This document shows positions 1 to 14,954 of a stretch of DNA of 64,000 nt, piece by piece. Numbering within the stretch: position 1 is the stretch's first letter; every line of letters starts with the position of its first letter. The translations under genes were made by a program, and so were the position numbers. This stretch comes from Eledone cirrhosa (Eukaryota): positions 7,812,001 through 7,876,000 of the forward strand of contig OZ024762.1 of the NCBI GenBank assembly GCA_964016885.1, given 5' to 3'. The notes beneath the pieces are model-generated. The model ran no database searches. It worked only from the letters and a program-made list of their open reading frames with translations, and was not told the DNA's origin.

Positions 1-2640
1 CCACCACCGAACTTCCATCTACCACCACAGATCAAACAACCACTGACTTACAATCTACCACCACTGACCTACCATCTACCACCACAGATCAAACAACCAC
101 CGACTTACAATCTACCACCACTGACCTACCATCTACCACCACTGACCTACCATCTACCACCACAGATCAAACAACCACTGACTTACAATCTACCACCACT
201 GAACTACCATCTACCACCACTGAACTACCATCTACCACCACAGATCAAACAACCACTGACTTACAATCTACCACCACTGAACTACCATCTACCACCACAG
301 ATCAAACAACCACTGACTTACAATCTACCAGCACAGAACTACCATCTACCACCACAGATCAAACAACCACTGACTTACAATCTACCACCCCTGAACTACC
401 ATCTACCACCACAGATCAAACAAACACTGACTTACAATCTACCACCACAGATCAAACAACCACTGACTTACAATCTACCACCACCGAACTACCATCTACC
501 ACCACAGATCAAACAACCACTGACCTACCATCTACCACCACAGATCAAACAACCACTGACTTACAATCTACCACCACTGAACTACCATCTACCACAACAG
601 ATCAAACAACCACTGACTTACAATCTACCACCACTGACCTGCCATCTACCACCACAGATCAAACAACCACTGACTTACAATCTACCACCACTGAACTACC
701 ATCTACCACCACAGATCAAACAACCACTGACTTACCATCTACCACCTCTGAACTACCATCTACCACCACAGATCAAACAACCACTGACTTACAATCTACC
801 ACCACTGACCTACCATCTACCACCACAGATCAAACAACCACTGATTTACAATCTACCACCACTGAACTACCATCTACCACCACAGATCAAACAACCACTG
901 ACTTACAATCTACCACCACTGACCTACCATCTACCACCACAGATCAAACAACCACTGACTTACAATCTACCACCACTGAACTACCATCTACCACCACAGA
1001 TCAAACAACCACTGACTTACCATCTACCACCTCTGAACTACCATCTACCACCACAGATCAAACAACCACTGACTTACCATCTACCACCACTGACCTACTA
1101 TCTACCACCACAGATCAAACAACCACTGACTTACAATCTACCACCACTGAACTACCATCTACCACCACAGATCAAACAACCACTGACTTACAATCTACCA
1201 CCTCTGAACTACCATCTACCACCACAGATCAAACAACCACTGACTTACAATCTACTACCACTGAACTACCATCTACCACCACAGATCAAACAACCACTGA
1301 CTTACAATCTACCACCTCTGAACTACCATCTACCACCACAGATCAAACAACCACTGACTTACAATCTACCACCACTGAACCACCATCTACCACCACAGAT
1401 CAAACAACCACTGACTTACAATCTACCACCACTGAACTACCATCTACCACCACAGATCAAACAACCACTGACTTACAATCTACCACCACAGATCAAACAA
1501 CCACTGACTTACAATCTACCACCACCGAACTACCATCTACCACCACAGATCAAACAACCACTGACTTACAATCTACTACCACTGACCTACCATCTACCAC
1601 CACAGATCATACAACCACTGACTTACAATCTACCACCGCTGAACTACCATCTACCACCACAGATCAAACAACCACTGACTTACAATCTACCACCACTGAC
1701 CTACCATCTACCACCACAGATCAAACAACCACTGACTTACAATCTACCACCACTGAACTACCATCTACCACCACAGATCAAACAACCACTGACTTACCAT
1801 CTACCACCACTGAACTACCATCTACCACCACAGATCAAACAACCACTGACTTACAATCTACCACCACTGACCTACCATCTACCACCACAGATCAAACAAC
1901 CACTGACTTACAATCTACCACCACTGAACTACCATCTACCACCACAGATCAATCAACCACTGACTTACAATCTACCCCCACTGACCTACCATCTACCACC
2001 ACAGATCAAACAACCACTCACTTACAATCTACCACCACTGAACTACCATCTACCACCACAGATCAATCAACCACTGACTTACAATCTACCACCACTGAAC
2101 TACCATCTACCACCTCAGATCAAACAACCACTGACTTACAATCTACCACCACTGACCTACCATCTACCACCACAGATCAAACAACCACTGACTTACAATC
2201 TACCACCACTGAACTACCATCTACCACTACAGATGAATCAACCACTGAGTTACCATCTACCACAACAGATCAAACTACCACTGAGCTACCATCTACCACT
2301 ACAGATCAAACCACAATTGAGCTACCATCTACAACAACAGATCAAACCACCACTGAGCTACCTTTTACCACTACAGATCAAACCACCACTGAGCTACCAT
2401 CTACCACTACAGATCAAACAACCACTGGAGTACCATCTAGCACTACAGATCAAACCACCACTGAGCTACCATCTACAACTACAGATCAACTATCCACCAC
2501 TGAGTTACCATCTACAACTACAGATCTAACAAGTACAGAGCTACCATCAACAGACACTGATGAAACTACCACTGATCAACCATCCACCACTGAGTTACCA
2601 CCTACCACCACTGAACAACCAACATCCTCTCCCGCTGCAA
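1..2640 (+). CDS. PTS exon A (partial): Thr-rich 19-aa repeats, then a degenerate tail ending ...PTSSPAA
   Basis: Open frame from position 3; donor GCAA|GTAAGT at 2640/2641, phase 1. Confidence 0.88.
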
Positions 2641-3003
2641 GTAAGTGTCATGTTATTTGTGATATAGAAATATTACGTAGCTTTAGAAATTAAATATATT
2701 CATCATGATATAGTATTATATTTTCTTTTGACAACCAAATGCAGGAATCTATGTAGTTATATTTATTTCTGTGGGCATTTTTAAAGGGATGATTGTGTCA
2801 ATATGACCGTAGTTTAAATGTGGTTGACATTATACCAACTATATTCGTTTAGAATATCGTGAATTCCGTTGTTGGATTCCAATGAGAAATCTTCCTATCA
2901 GAGTTGCACAGATCCAATGGTTGGTTAGTAGTTAAAGGTTTTGATTTGTTTCACTGGGTTTATATATTGTTCTTATATACATATATATATTTATATATGT
3001 ATA

Positions 3004-3048
<45 letters not shown>

Positions 3049-6000
3049 GGCGGCATCATAAGTTCATCATCAGAGGTGATTCTCTTCTCAGAAAATAATA
3101 TATTACACCCTACCTGCACATATTGACTGCTCATTCAGTAAATGATTAAATGTTTTACAAAGATGCATGTTATTCTACAAGGGCGGTGCCCCAGCACGGC
3201 CTCAGCCGGATGGCTGGAACAGGTAAAAGAGTAAAGGAATATATATATATATATATGTAACACTTTCTTTTGTAGATGTCACTGCTATTGTGAGCGCTGT
3301 GATGCACCTGAATGAGGAATACAAAGCTGTATATGAAAACATGGAAGAAGATGAGACAAAAGCGAAAATTTCTGAAATAACTTCTCAGGTAAAGATTTTT
3401 TGTACTATAATATAATCTCATCATCATCATCATTCGTCGACTACTGTCGAGATGATGGATCTCGCTCTCATGCCCCAGAATTCCCTGTCCCCCCATCGCT
3501 GCCCCCAGGTCTTGTCTACTGATTCCCGTATCCCTAGAGATAACGTCATGGAATGACAGCTTACTACTTCTAGTCAGGCTGGAGTCAGGGTTCCAGAGCA
3601 AGAGAGCGGATATGATTTCATTGCTGGCACGGTGACAGTGGCCAGCAAATATAATCTAGGGACCTCACTCTTCGGTGGTATCGTTTAATTCTGTTCCCCT
3701 TAACATATTTATATTTTAACATCGTCAATATTACACAACAACCACTGAAATGGTATGCTTCAGTGTTATAGCAAAAAACAATCAAATAAATGTACAGTTT
3801 TATTATTTCAAGAAATGTTTTTTATGTCTATATCCTCACCATTACTATTAAATATATTATTTTAGAAACGTGAAATTTTGAAAATTTTTGATTTTAGGTG
3901 GATGCGTCAATGAAAAACAACAGTAAATTGCAAGATACGTATGTCGGTAGTAATGTGACAGCATTAAGGTTTGTGCAACATTTAAGATTCTCTCTCTCAC
4001 CTCACACTGCCTCTTTTATTTTCTGACTGTTCAGACTGTCCTCACAAAGACTTTACTTTACCTCAATGACTTGCTATTCATTGTAGCATCAGGCTATATA
4101 TATATATACATAATCTTATATGATGCAGAAAGGGAACGAAATACACCTACAAGTCAGACAGAAATGTCGAATGTTTACCTTGTACGAGGGACACAGGACA
4201 CATGGTCATCGTTTCGTTTTTTTTCCATTTAAAACGAAAAGTGTATTTGTTTGGAAAAATAAATTTGAGGGTATCTTTTCTGAAGGTACATTATGTTGTA
4301 ATCTAATCGAAATAATTTCTTTATTTCAGCAATGGTAGTTTGGTGGTCTTTATCGATCTAATATTTGTGACATTGGAAAAGTTAACTGAAGCAGATTTCA
4401 AGCAATCGATTAACTTAGATAGCGTCCGTAAGAGTTTGGAAACAATTATAAATATTATAAAGGAAAAACTGGAAATAGAGGGTAAAGGTAAGTGACAGAG
4501 CTGATCTAATTTTCTAAGTTCTTATAAAATATTTAACAATAGTGAAGAAGACCGCAAAGAAAGCAAATGTTACTATGTAGACACGAGAAATCATATACAG
4601 GTATAATTCCGTTATAATGAATACCATTATAACGAATCTTTCACTATAACGAAATGTTTTCTCTCTCCGAGGTAATAACAACAAACGCTTGATTTGTTTC
4701 GCTCAATCTCGTTACAACGTATTTATTAAACACACTAATTTGGTAATAACGGGATTTCACTGTATAAAAGAGTTATATTTCAGATGAAATATTTATGAAA
4801 TGTGTCGTTAAGGATATGTAGAATGTAAGTTAGAAATAAATGAGTAAAAATGTGAGAGGAGAAAGATAAATAAAACAACAAAATAGTTTACACCATATCC
4901 TGTTTTACAACTTCAGGTCAAATAGCAACCACTGAGATACTATCTACCACTACAGATCAAATCACTGAGATACCATTTACCACTACAGGTCAAACAACCA
5001 CTGAGCTACCACCTACCGCTACAAATCAAACAATCATTGAGTCACCATCTACTACCACTGAACTCCCAACAACCACTGAGTTACCATCCAGTACCACAAA
5101 ACAAACAACAACCACTGAGTTACCATCTACTACCCCAGAACAACCATCAACCACTGAATTACCGCTCACAACCACAGAACAATCATCCACCACAGAGTTA
5201 CCATCCACCACCACTGAGTTACCATCCACTACCACAGAACAATCATTAACGACTGACTTAACATCCACCAAGTCTGAGTTACCATCTACCACCCCAGAAC
5301 AACCACCAACCACAGTGTTACCGTCTACTACTACAGAACAAAGAACTACCACAGAGTTACCATCCATTACAACAGAACAACCATCAACCACTCAGTTACC
5401 ATCTACTACCACAGGACAACCATCAACTACTGAGTTATCATCCACTACCACAGAACAACCATCAACCACTGTGTTACCAACTACCACTACAGAACAACCA
5501 TCAACCACAGATTTACTATCTACTGCTACAGAACAACGACCAACCACTGAGTTACCATCAACTACCACAGAAGAACCAACAAACACTGAGTTACCATCAA
5601 CAACTGAGCTACCATCAACTACCACAGAACAACCAACACTCAGTAAGTTACCAACTACAAGAACAGATCAAACAACCACTGACATAGCATCTACCACTAC
5701 ATATCAAACCACAACTGAGGTACCATCCACAACTACAGACCAAACCACCACTGAGTTATCATTTACCACAACAGATCAAACAACCACTGAGCTACCATCT
5801 ACAACTATAGATCAAACTACCCCTGAGATACAATCTAGCACTATAGATCAAACAACCACAGAGCTACCATCCACAACTATAGATCAAACAACCACTGAGG
5901 TACCATCCACAAATACAGACCATACTACCACCGAGGTAGCATCTACCACTACAGATCAAACCACCACTGAGCTACCATCTACAACTACAGACGAAACCAT

Positions 6001-9000
6001 CACAGAACTATCATTCACCACTACATATCAAACTACCACTGAGATACCATCTAGCACTACAGATCAAATAACAACCACTGAGATAACATCTACCACAACA
6101 GATCAAATAACAACCATTGAGGTACCATCTACAACTACAGAGCAAACCCCCACAGAGCAATCATCTACGACTACAGATCAAACCACCACTGAGCTACCAT
6201 CTCCTACCACTGAGCTACCATTTACCACTACAGATCAAATAAAAACCACTGATCTATTATCTACCACTACAGATCAGATAAACACTGAACTACCATCTAC
6301 CACCACAGATCAAACAATCACTGACTTACAATCTACCACCACTGAACTACCATCTACCACCACAGATCAAACAACCACTGAGCTACCATTTATCACCACT
6401 GAACTACCATCTACCACCAGAGATCAAACAATCACTGACTTACAATCTACCACCACTGAACTACCATCTACCACCACAGATCAAACAACCACTGACTTAC
6501 AATCTACCACCACTGAACTACCATCTACCACCACAGATCAAACAACCACTGACTTACAATCTACCACCACTGAACTACCATCTACCACCACAGATCAAAC
6601 AACCACTGACTTACAATCTACCACCTCTGAACTACCATCTACCACCACAGATCAAACAACCACTGACTTACAATCTACCACCACTGACCTACCATCTACC
6701 ACCACAGATCAAACAACCACTGACTTACAATATACCACCACTGAACTACCATCTACCACCACAGATCAAACAACCACTGACTTACAATCTACTACCACTG
6801 AACTACCATCTACCACCACAGATCAAACAACCACTCACTTACAATCTACCACCACCGAACTACCATCTACCACCACAGATCAAACAACCACTGACTTACA
6901 ATCTACCACCACTGACCTACCATCTACCACCACAGATCAAACAACCACCGACTTACAATCTACCACCACTGACCTACCATCTTCCAACACAGATCAAACA
7001 ACCACTGACTTACAATCTACCACCACTGAACTACCATCTACCACCACTGAACTACCATCTACCACCACAGATCAAACAACCACTGACTTACAATCTACCA
7101 CCACTGAACTACCATCTACCACCACAGATCAAACAACCACTGAGCTACCATTTATCACCACTGAACTACCATCTACCACCAGAGATCAAACAATCACTGA
7201 CTTACAATCTACCACCACTGAACTACCATCTACCACCACAGATCAAACAACCACTGACTTACAATCTACCACCACTGAACTACCATCTACCACCACAGAT
7301 CAAACAACCACTGACTTACAATCTACCACCACTGAACTACCATCTACCACCACAGATCAAACAACCACTGACTTACAATCTACCACCTCTGAACTACCAT
7401 CTACCACCACAGATCAAACAACCACTGACTTACAATCTACCACCACTGACCTACCATCTACCACCACAGATCAAACAACCACTGACTTACAATCTACTAC
7501 CACTGAACTACCATCTACCACCACAGATCAAACAACCACTCACTTACAATCTACCACCACCGAACTACCATCTACCACCACAGATCAAACAACCACTGAC
7601 TTACAATCTACCACCACTGACCTACCATCTACCACCACAGATCAAACAACCACCGACTTACAATCTACCACCACTGACCTACCATCTTCCACCACAGATC
7701 AAACAACCACTGACTTACAATCTACCACCACTGAACTACCATCTACCACCACTGAACTACCATCTACCACCACAGATCAAACAACCACTGACTTACAATC
7801 TACCACCACTGAACTACCATCTACCACCACAGATCAAACAACCACTGACTTACAATCTACCAGCACTGAACTACCATCTACCACCACAGATCAAACAACC
7901 ACTGACTTACAATCTACCACCACTGAACTACCATCTACCACCACAGATCAAACAAACACTGACTTACAATCTACCACCACAGATCAAACAACCACTGACT
8001 TACAATCTACTACCACTGAACTACCATCTACCACCACAGATCAAACAACCACTCACTTACAATCTACCACCACCGAACTACCATCTACCACCACAGATCA
8101 AACAACCACTGACTTACAATCTACCACCACTGACCTACCATCTACCACCACAGATCAAACAACCACCGACTTACAATCTACCACCACTGACCTAGCATCT
8201 TCCAACACAGATCAAACAACCACTGACTTACAATCTACCACCACTGAACTACCATCTACCACCACTGAACTACCATCTACCACCACAGATCAAACAACCA
8301 CTGACTTACAATCTACCACCACTGAACTACCATCTACCACCACAGATCAAACAACCACTGAGCTACCATTTATCACCACTGAACTACCATCTACCACCAG
8401 AGATCAAACAATCACTGACTTACAATCTACCACCACTGAACTACCATCTACCACCACAGATCAAACAACCACTGACTTACAATCTACCACCACTGAACTA
8501 CCATCTACCACCACAGATCAAACAACCACTGACTTACAATCTACCACCACTGAACTACCATCTACCACCACAGATCAAACAACCACTGACTTACAATCTA
8601 CCACCTCTGAACTACCATCTACCACCACAGATCAAACAACCACTGACTTACAATCTACCACCACTGACCTACCATCTACCACCACAGATCAAACAAACAC
8701 TGACTTACAATATACCATCACTGAACTACCATCTACCACCACAGATCAAACAACCACTGACTTACAATCTACTACCACTGAACTACCATCTACCACCACA
8801 GATCAAACAACCACTCACTTACAATCTACCACCACCGAACTACCATCTACCACCACAGATCAAACAACCACTGACTTACAATCTACCACCACTGACCTAC
8901 CATCTACCACCACAGATCAAACAACCACCGACTTACAATCTACCACCACTGACATACCATCTTCCACCACAGATCAAACAACCACTGACTTACAATCTAC

Positions 9001-12000
9001 CACCACTGAACTACCATCTACCACCACTGAACTACCATCTACCACCACAGATCAAACAACCACTGACTTACAATCTACCACCACTGAACTACCATCTACC
9101 ACCACAGATCAAACAACCACTGACTTACAATCTACCAGCACTGAACTACCATCTACCACCACAGATCAAACAACCACTGACTTACAATCTACCACCACTG
9201 AACTACCATCTACCACCACAGATCAAACAAACACTGACTTACAATCTACCACCACAGATCAAACAACCACTGACTTACAATCTACCACCACCGAACTACC
9301 ATCTACCACCACAGATCAAACAACCACTGACTTACAATCTACCACCACTGACCTACCATCTACCACCACAGATCAAACAACCACTGACTTACAATCTACC
9401 ACCACTGAACTACCATCTACCACCACAGATCAAACAACCACTGACTTACAATCTACCACCACTGACCTACCATCTACCACCACAGATCAAACAACCACTG
9501 ACCTACAATCTACCACCACTGAACTACCATCTACCACCACAGATCAAACAACCACTGACTTACCATCTACCACCTCTGAACTACCATCTACCACCACAGA
9601 TCAAACAACCACTGACTTACCATCTACCACCACTGACCTACCATCTACCACCACAGATCAAACAACCACTGACTTACAATCTACCACCTCTGAACTACCA
9701 TCTACCACCACAGATCAAACAACCACTGACTTACAATCTACCACCACTGAACTACCATCTACCACCACAGATCAAACAACCACTGACTTACAATCTACCA
9801 GCACTGAACTACCATCTACCACCACAGATCAAACAACCACTGACTTACAATCTACCACCACTGAACTACCATCTACCACCACAGATCAAACAAACACTGA
9901 CTTACAATCTACCACCACAGATCAAACAACCACTGACTTACAATCTACCACCACCGAACTACCATATACCACCACAGATCAAACAACCACTGACTTACAA
10001 TCTACTACCACTGACCTACCATCTACCACCACAGATCAAACAACCACTGACTTACAATCTACCACCACTGAACTACCATCTACCACCACAGATCAAACAA
10101 CCACTGACTTACAATCTACCACCACTGACCTACCATCTACCACCACAGATCAAACAACCACTGACTTACAATCTACCACCACTGAACTACCATCTACCAC
10201 CACAGATCAAACAACCACTGACTTACCATCTACCACCTCTGAACTACCATCTACCACCACAGATCAAACAACCACTGACTTACAATCTACCACCACTGAC
10301 CTACCATCTACCACCACAGATCAAACAACCACTGACTTACAATCTACCACCACTGACCTACCATCTACCACCACAGATCAAACAACCACTGACCTACAAT
10401 CTACCACCACTGAACTACCATCTACCACCACAGATCAAACAACCACTGACTTACCATCTACCACCTTTGAACTACCATCTACCACCACAGATCAAACAAC
10501 CACTGACTTACCATCTACCACCACTGACCTACCATCTACCACCACAGATCAAACAACCACTGACTTACAATCTACCACCACTGAACTACCATCTACCACC
10601 ACAGATCAAACAACCACTGACTTACAATCTACCACCTCTGAACTACCATCTACCACCACAGATCAAACAACCACTGACTTACAATCTACTACCACTGAAC
10701 TACCATCTACCACCACAGATCAAACAACCACTGACTTACAATCTACCACCTCTGAACTACCATCTACCACCACAGATCAAACAACCACTGACTTACAATC
10801 TACCACCACTGAACTACCATCTACCACCACAGATAAAACAACCACTGACTTACAATCTACCTCCACTGAACTACCATCTACCACCACAGATCAAACAACC
10901 ACTGACTTACAATCTACCACCACTGACCTACCATCTACCACCACAGATCAAACAACCACTGACTTACAATCTACTACCACTGAACTACCATCTACCACCA
11001 CAGATCAAACAACCACTGACTTACAATCAACCACCACTGAACTACCATCTACCACCACAGATCAAACAACCACTGACTTACAATCTACCACCACTGACCT
11101 ACCATCTACCACCACAGATCAAACAACCACTGACTTACAATCTACCAGCACTGACCTACCATTTACCACCACAGATCAAACAACCACTGACTTACAATCT
11201 ACCACCACTGAACTACCATCTACCACCACTGAACTACCATCTACCACCACAGATCAAACAACCACTGACTTACAATCTACCACCACTGAACTACCATCTA
11301 CCACCACAGATCAAACAACCACTGACTTACAATCTACCACCACTGACCTACCATCTACCACCACAGATCAAACAAACACTGACTTACAATCTACCACCAC
11401 TGACCTACCATCTACCACCACAGATCAAACAACCACTGACCTACAATCTACCACCACTGAACTACCATCTACCACCACAGATCAAACAACCACTGACTTA
11501 CCATCTACCACCTTTGAACTACCATCTACCACCACAGATCAAACAACCACTGACTTACCATCTACCACCACTGACCTACCATCTACCACCACAGATCAAA
11601 CAACCACTGACTTACAATCTACCACCACTGAACTACTATCTACCACCACAGATCAAACAACCACTGACTTACAATCTACCACCTCTGAACTACCATCTAC
11701 CACCACAGATCAAACAACCACTGACTTACAATCTACTACCACTGAACTACCATCTACCACCACAGATCAAACAACCACTGACTTACAATCTACCACCTCT
11801 GAACTACCATCTACCACCACAGATCAAACAACCACTGACTTACAATCTACCACCACTGAACTACCATCTACCACCACAGATAAAACAACCACTGACTTAC
11901 AATCTACCTCCACTGAACTACCATCTACCACCACAGATCAAACAACCACTGACTTACAATCTACCACCACTGACCTACCATCTACCACCACAGATCAAAC

Positions 12001-14873
12001 AACCACTGACTTACAATCTACTACCACTGAACTACCATCTACCACCACAGATCAAACAACCACTGACTTACAATCAACCACCACTGAACTACCATCTACC
12101 ACCACAGATCAAACAACCACTGACTTACAATCTACCACCACTGACCTACCATCTACCACCACAGATCAAACAACCACTGACTTACAATCTACCAGCACTG
12201 ACCTACCATCTACCACCACAGATCAAACAACCACTGACTTACAATCTACCACCACTGAACTACCATCTACCACCACAGATCAAACAACCACTGACTTACA
12301 ATCTACCACCACTGAACTACCATCTACCACCACAGATCAAACAACCACTGACTTACAATCTACCACCACTGAACTACCATCTACCACCACAGATCAAACA
12401 AACACTGACTTACAATCTACCACCACAGATCAAACAACCACTGACTTACAATCTACCACCACTGACCTACCATCTACCACCACAGATCAAACAACCACTG
12501 ACTTACAATCTACCACCACTGAACTACCATCTACCACCACAGATCAAACAACCACTGACTTACCATCTACCACCACTGAACTACCATCTACCACCACAGA
12601 TCAAACAACCACTGACTTACAATCTACCACCACTGACCTACCATCTACCACCACAGATCAAACAACCACTGACTTACAATCTACCACCACCGAACTACCA
12701 TCTACCACCACTGAACTACCATCTACCACCACAGATCAAACAACCACTGACTTACAATCTACCACCACTGAACTACCATCTACCACCACAGATCAAAGAA
12801 CCACTGACTTACAATCTACCACCACTGAACTACCATCTACCACCACAGATCAAACAACCACTGACTTACAATCTACCACCACAGATCAAACAACCACTGA
12901 CTTACAATCTACCACCACCGAACTACCATCTACCACCACAGATCAAACAACCACTGACTTACAATCTACTACCACTGACCTACCATCTACCACCACAGAT
13001 CATACAACCACTGACTTACAATCTACCACCACTGAACTACCATCTACCACCACAGATCAAACAACCACTGACTTACAATCTACCACCACTGACCTACCAT
13101 CTACCACCACAGATCAAACAACCACTGACTTACAATCTACCACCACTGAACTACCATCTACCACCACAGTTCAAACAACCACTGACTTACCATCTACCAC
13201 CACTGAACTACCATCTACCACCACAGATCAAACAACCACTGACTTACAATCTACCACCACTGACCTACCATCTACCACCACAGATCAAACAACCACTGAC
13301 TTACAATCTACCACCACTGAACTACCATCTACCACCACAGATCAATCAACCACTGACTTACAATCTACCCCCACTGGCCTACCATCTACCACCACAGATC
13401 AAACAACCACTGACTTACAATCTACCACCACTGAACTACCATCTACCACCTCAGATCAAACAACCACTGACTTACAATCTACCACCACTGAACTACCATC
13501 TACCACCACAGATCAAACAACCACTGACTTACCATCTACCACCACTGAACTACCATCTACCACCACAGATCAAACAACCACTGACTTACAATCTACCACC
13601 ACTGACCTACCATCTACCACCACAGATCAAACAACCACTGACTTACAATCTACCACCACCGAACTACCATCTACCACCACTGAACTACCATCTACCACCA
13701 CAGATCAAACAACCACTGACTTACAATCTACCACCACTGAACTACCATCTACCACCACAGATCAAAGAACCACTGACTTACAATCTACCACCACTGAACT
13801 ACCATCTACCACCACAGATCAAACAACCACTGACTTACAATCTACCACCACTGAACTACCATCTACCACCACAGATCAATCAACCACTGACTTACAATCT
13901 ACCCCCACTGGCCTACCATCTACCACCACAGATCAAACAACCACTGACTTACAATCTACCACCACTGAACTACCATCTACCACCTCAGATCAAACAACCA
14001 CTGACTTACAATCTACCACCACTGACCTACCATCTACCACCACAGATCAAACAACCACTGACTTACAATCTACCACCACTGAACTACCATCTACCACTAC
14101 AGATGAATCAACCACTGAGTTACCATCTACCACAACAGATCAAACTACCACTGAGCTACCATCTACCACTACAGATCAAACCACAATTGAGCTACCATCT
14201 ACAACAACAGATCAAACCACCACTGAGCTACCTTCTACCACTACAGATCAAACCACCACTGAGCTACCATCTACCACTACAGATCAAACAACCACTGGAG
14301 TACCATCTAGCACTACAGATCAAACCACCACTGAGCTACCATCTACCACTACAGATCAACTATCCACCACTGAGTTACCATCTACAACTACAGATCTAAC
14401 AAGTACAGAGCTACCATCAACAGCCACTGATGAAACTACCACTGATCAACCATCCACCACTGAGTTACCACCTACCACCACTGAACAACCAACATCCTCT
14501 CCCGCTGCAAGTAAGTGTCATGTTATTTGTGATATAGAAATATTACATAGATTTAGAAATTAAATATTTTCATCATGATATAGTATTATATTTTCTTTTG
14601 ACAACCAAATGCAGGAATCTATGTAGTTATATTTATTTCTGTGGGCATTTTTAAAGGGATGATTGTGTCAATATGACCGTAGTTTAAATGTGTTTGACAT
14701 TATACCAACTATATTCGTTTAGAATATCGTGAATTCCGTTGTTGGATTCCAATGAGAAATCTTCCTATCAGAGTTGCACAGATCCAATGGTTGGTTAGTA
14801 GTTAAAGGTTTTGATATGTTTCACTGGGTTTATATATTGTTCTTATATACATATATATATTTATATATGTATA

Positions 14874-14954
<81 letters not shown>

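Noticed and set aside
3170-3601. 143-aa minus-strand ORF repeated three times
   Set aside because: A LINE relic fused to the antisense of SEA exon a; recurs only because the module is triplicated
4120-4338. 72-aa ORF MMQKGNEIH...
   Set aside because: Lies in intron 3 and overlaps the SEA exon c acceptor out of frame; no recognisable motif
5026-5625. Minus-strand Val/Asp/Gly-rich ORFs (also near 17 kb, 26 kb and 47-48.5 kb)
   Set aside because: Antisense shadows of Thr/Pro/Ser codons
5315-14563. ORFs 5315..14563, 17221..23256 and 25908..46178 as stand-alone single-exon genes
   Set aside because: They start at GTG inside an already open frame, lack a signal peptide, and the SKCHVICDIEILHRFRN ends are intron read-through past a consensus GTAAGT donor
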